Shown here in pieces: positions 61,823 through 64,000 of a stretch of DNA of 64,000 nt. The position numbers and the translations under genes were made by a program. Within the stretch, counting starts at the first letter, position 1. Each line of letters starts with the position of its first letter. The notes beneath the pieces were generated by a model, which did no database searches, had not been told where the DNA came from, and saw only the letters and a program-made list of their open reading frames with translations. Origin of the DNA: Verrucomicrobiota bacterium (GTDB taxonomy: Bacteria > Verrucomicrobiota > Verrucomicrobiia > Limisphaerales > AAA164-E04); NCBI GenBank assembly GCA_047947115.1, contig CP170459.1, positions 5,568,001 through 5,632,000 of the forward strand. Direction: 5' to 3'.

Positions 61823-63277
61823 ATGAAAAACTCGTTTTCTTTCCTGATTCTTGCGGGTCTGTTATTGAATCTTTCACTTTCGGCACAGAGCAAGGAACAT
61901 CCCAACATCCTCTTCATTTTTCTGGATGATTTTGGGTGGAAGGATACCAGTTACATGGGATCCGATTTTTACGAGACCCCCACTCTGGATCGCCTGGCGC
62001 GTGAGGGGATGATTTTCACCAACGCCTATTCTTGCGCAGCCAATTGCGCTCCTGCCCGGGCATGCCTCTTGAGCGGGCAGTATACGCCGCGTCACGAAGT
62101 CTACAACGTTGGCACCGGACCGCGAGGTAAGTCCGAGCACCGTCGACTCAAACACATCCCGGGCACCGACACCTTGCGCACCGACATCCAGACCTGGGCG
62201 CATCGGATCCAAAAGGCCGGATACAAAACGGCCACCATGGGGAAATGGCATCTGTCAGACGATCCCATTCCCTACGGCTTTGACGTAAACGTCGGCGGCA
62301 CGCATTCCGGCGGCCCACCCCGCGGCTACTACCCGCCACACGGCAAGGTTCCCGGATTGCAGGACGTGCCCAAGGACGAGTTTGTCACAACCACCATCTG
62401 TAATCGTGCCGCAAGCTTCATCACCGAAAACAAAGACCAACCCTGGTTCCTTTACCTGACCCTTTTCGCCGTACACACCCCCATTCAGGCCAAGAACGAT
62501 CTGCTTCCGAAATACGAAGCCAAAACACCCGGCCAGCTTCACAACAACACCAAAATGGCCACCATGATCCAGGCGGTTGACGACGGCGTTGAGCATATTG
62601 TGGAACGACTCGAAACGCTGGGATTGACCGATAAAACTGCCATCGTGTTCTTTTCCGACAACGGAGGATACGGTCCCGCCACAGACATGCATCCTTTGAA
62701 AGGCTACAAGGGCACCTATTACGAAGGAGGCATCCGGGAACCTTTCTTCATCAAATGGCCCGGCGTTGTAAAACCCGGAACACAAAGCGACACCCCCATC
62801 ATTGGCGTCGATCTTTACCCTACCTTTCTGGAAATGACCGGGGCGAGCGCGGCCGAAGACCAGCCACAGGACGGGGTTAGTCTCGTGTCGCTTTTTAAGG
62901 GAGGTGAACTCCAACCCCGTTCACTTTTCTGGCATTTCCCGGCCTACCTGCAGAGTTACGGTGGCAAAACCGCCATCGAACAACGCGACCCTCTTTTCAG
63001 GTCACGACCTGTCGGCGCCATACGCCATGGCGATTGGAAACTGCTGGAATATTTTGAATCCGGCGATCTGGAACTCTTCAATCTGAAAGAAGACATTGGT
63101 GAAACAAACAACCTCGCATCCGATCGCCCTGAAAAAATGAAGGAACTGCATGAACTGATGAAAGCCTGGCGTAAACATATCAAAGCTCCCGTCCCATCAG
63201 AAAGAAATCCAGACTTCGATGCCGAAGCAGAAAAAAAAGCCATTGAACAAGACCTGAAAAGACGAGGCCTATTTTAA
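61823..63277 (+). CDS. Sulfatase (Cys-type)
   Basis: Signal peptide; PNILFIFLDD, CAPAR, GKWHL, SDNGG, YEGGIR. Confidence 0.92.
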   Translation: MKNSFSFLILAGLLLNLSLSAQSKEHPNILFIFLDDFGWKDTSYMGSDFYETPTLDRLAREGMIFTNAYSCAANCAPARACLLSGQYTPRHEVYNVGTGPRGKSEHRRLKHIPGTDTLRTDIQTWAHRIQKAGYKTATMGKWHLSDDPIPYGFDVNVGGTHSGGPPRGYYPPHGKVPGLQDVPKDEFVTTTICNRAASFITENKDQPWFLYLTLFAVHTPIQAKNDLLPKYEAKTPGQLHNNTKMATMIQAVDDGVEHIVERLETLGLTDKTAIVFFSDNGGYGPATDMHPLKGYKGTYYEGGIREPFFIKWPGVVKPGTQSDTPIIGVDLYPTFLEMTGASAAEDQPQDGVSLVSLFKGGELQPRSLFWHFPAYLQSYGGKTAIEQRDPLFRSRPVGAIRHGDWKLLEYFESGDLELFNLKEDIGETNNLASDRPEKMKELHELMKAWRKHIKAPVPSERNPDFDAEAEKKAIEQDLKRRGLF

Positions 63278-63373
63278 AAAAGCCATCCAAAAAGGGTATG
63301 GCGCGCCACCCTCAGAACCACCGAATCCACGAGTGACCCCATTTCGGGAAGCCTTCGGTTTTCGATCCCCAGA

Positions 63374-64000
63374 TTACAAAGCCGCCAACAGATTTTTCCG
63401 ACTTCGTATGTGAGCCTCTACAGCGCTCAATGTATCAGGTGTCTTTTCTTCAATCGCCTGCTCCAATACCATGTGTGGCTGTATCCCCCATCCGGTGAGT
63501 TGACCGAACAGTCGGCGATAATCAATGTCACCGTCCATTTTGAACACTTCGGTCCAAACTCCGCCCTCTGATTGCCTTAGGTGCAACTCGACGATACGTT
63601 CATGATAATGCTCGACGGCATCAAACAGCGCGATCTGAGAATTGCCGCAACCTCTGTATACCCAGTGGGCATCGAGACAGAGTTTGACATTGGCCGGATC
63701 GGTTGCGGTCAGCATGTGATGAAATTCACGTGCTCCCTCACGCAGTTCGGCGTCGTGGTTGTGGTAAGCCAGGATCATCCCACGCTCGCGCAGCCGTGCC
63801 CCTAAATGATCAAGTGCAGTGGCCTGGGTATGTAATTGAAGATCGTTCTTATTTTCGGGTCCGCCCCATCGGATCGGGCTCGGATTGGTCACCACAATCT
63901 TTGCCCCAGCCTTGGCGGCTTCCGCGGCTATGGACAACACCAAATTAATGGACGCCTTGGCCTCCTCCTCCTCATGCAACTTGCTGTTCACATAAAGCGA
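63374..64000 (-). CDS. Sugar phosphate isomerase/epimerase TIM-barrel protein (5' part outside the window)
   Basis: YHNH..E, LCLDAHW, HLR, LEQ metal ligands. Confidence 0.75.
   Translation of the reverse strand, partial: SLYVNSKLHEEEEAKASINLVLSIAAEAAKAGAKIVVTNPSPIRWGGPENKNDLQLHTQATALDHLGARLRERGMILAYHNHDAELREGAREFHHMLTATDPANVKLCLDAHWVYRGCGNSQIALFDAVEHYHERIVELHLRQSEGGVWTEVFKMDGDIDYRRLFGQLTGWGIQPHMVLEQAIEEKTPDTLSAVEAHIRSRKNLLAAL

Noticed and set aside
1..64000. tRNA, rRNA, integrase, transposase or prophage genes
   Set aside because: None recognised by eye in intergenic regions or the ORF set; a covariance-model scan was not possible

Overview
Bacterial chromosomal window, very probably Verrucomicrobiota. 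The evidence is four type IV-pilin-like N-methylation/H-X9-DG proteins, a PVC-type heme-c dehydrogenase, a sulfatase, a ccsA-hemA-hemC cluster and surface proteins with a shared C-terminal domain. About 0.5-23.4 kb is a phosphorus-starvation cluster. It holds PIN-PhoH, PhoX, a lipid-remodelling operon (btaA-btaB-PHP phosphoesterase/degenerate GT-GT4), a 6.9-kb multi-phosphatase gene, PhoD-PA14 and phosphonate-associated genes (PhnZ-like HD protein, Zn-ADH, DUF5690-like transporter), with Pho-box-like 11-bp repeats upstream of several units. The multi-phosphatase gene is interrupted by two in-frame stops exactly 300 nt apart, at positions where its internal paralogous domain has Tyr and Trp. 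At 32.4-33.7 kb lies a 10 x 134-bp structured tandem array built from two inverted GTAG-type REP-like hairpins (BIME-like, not CRISPR). The remainder is mixed accessory and housekeeping DNA: an sxtK/I/J-like carbamoyltransferase cassette, dgoK/dgoA, trpF, xylB, vapBC, crcB, hem genes, queE and rsmA. All product calls come from motifs read by eye; no database searches were run.
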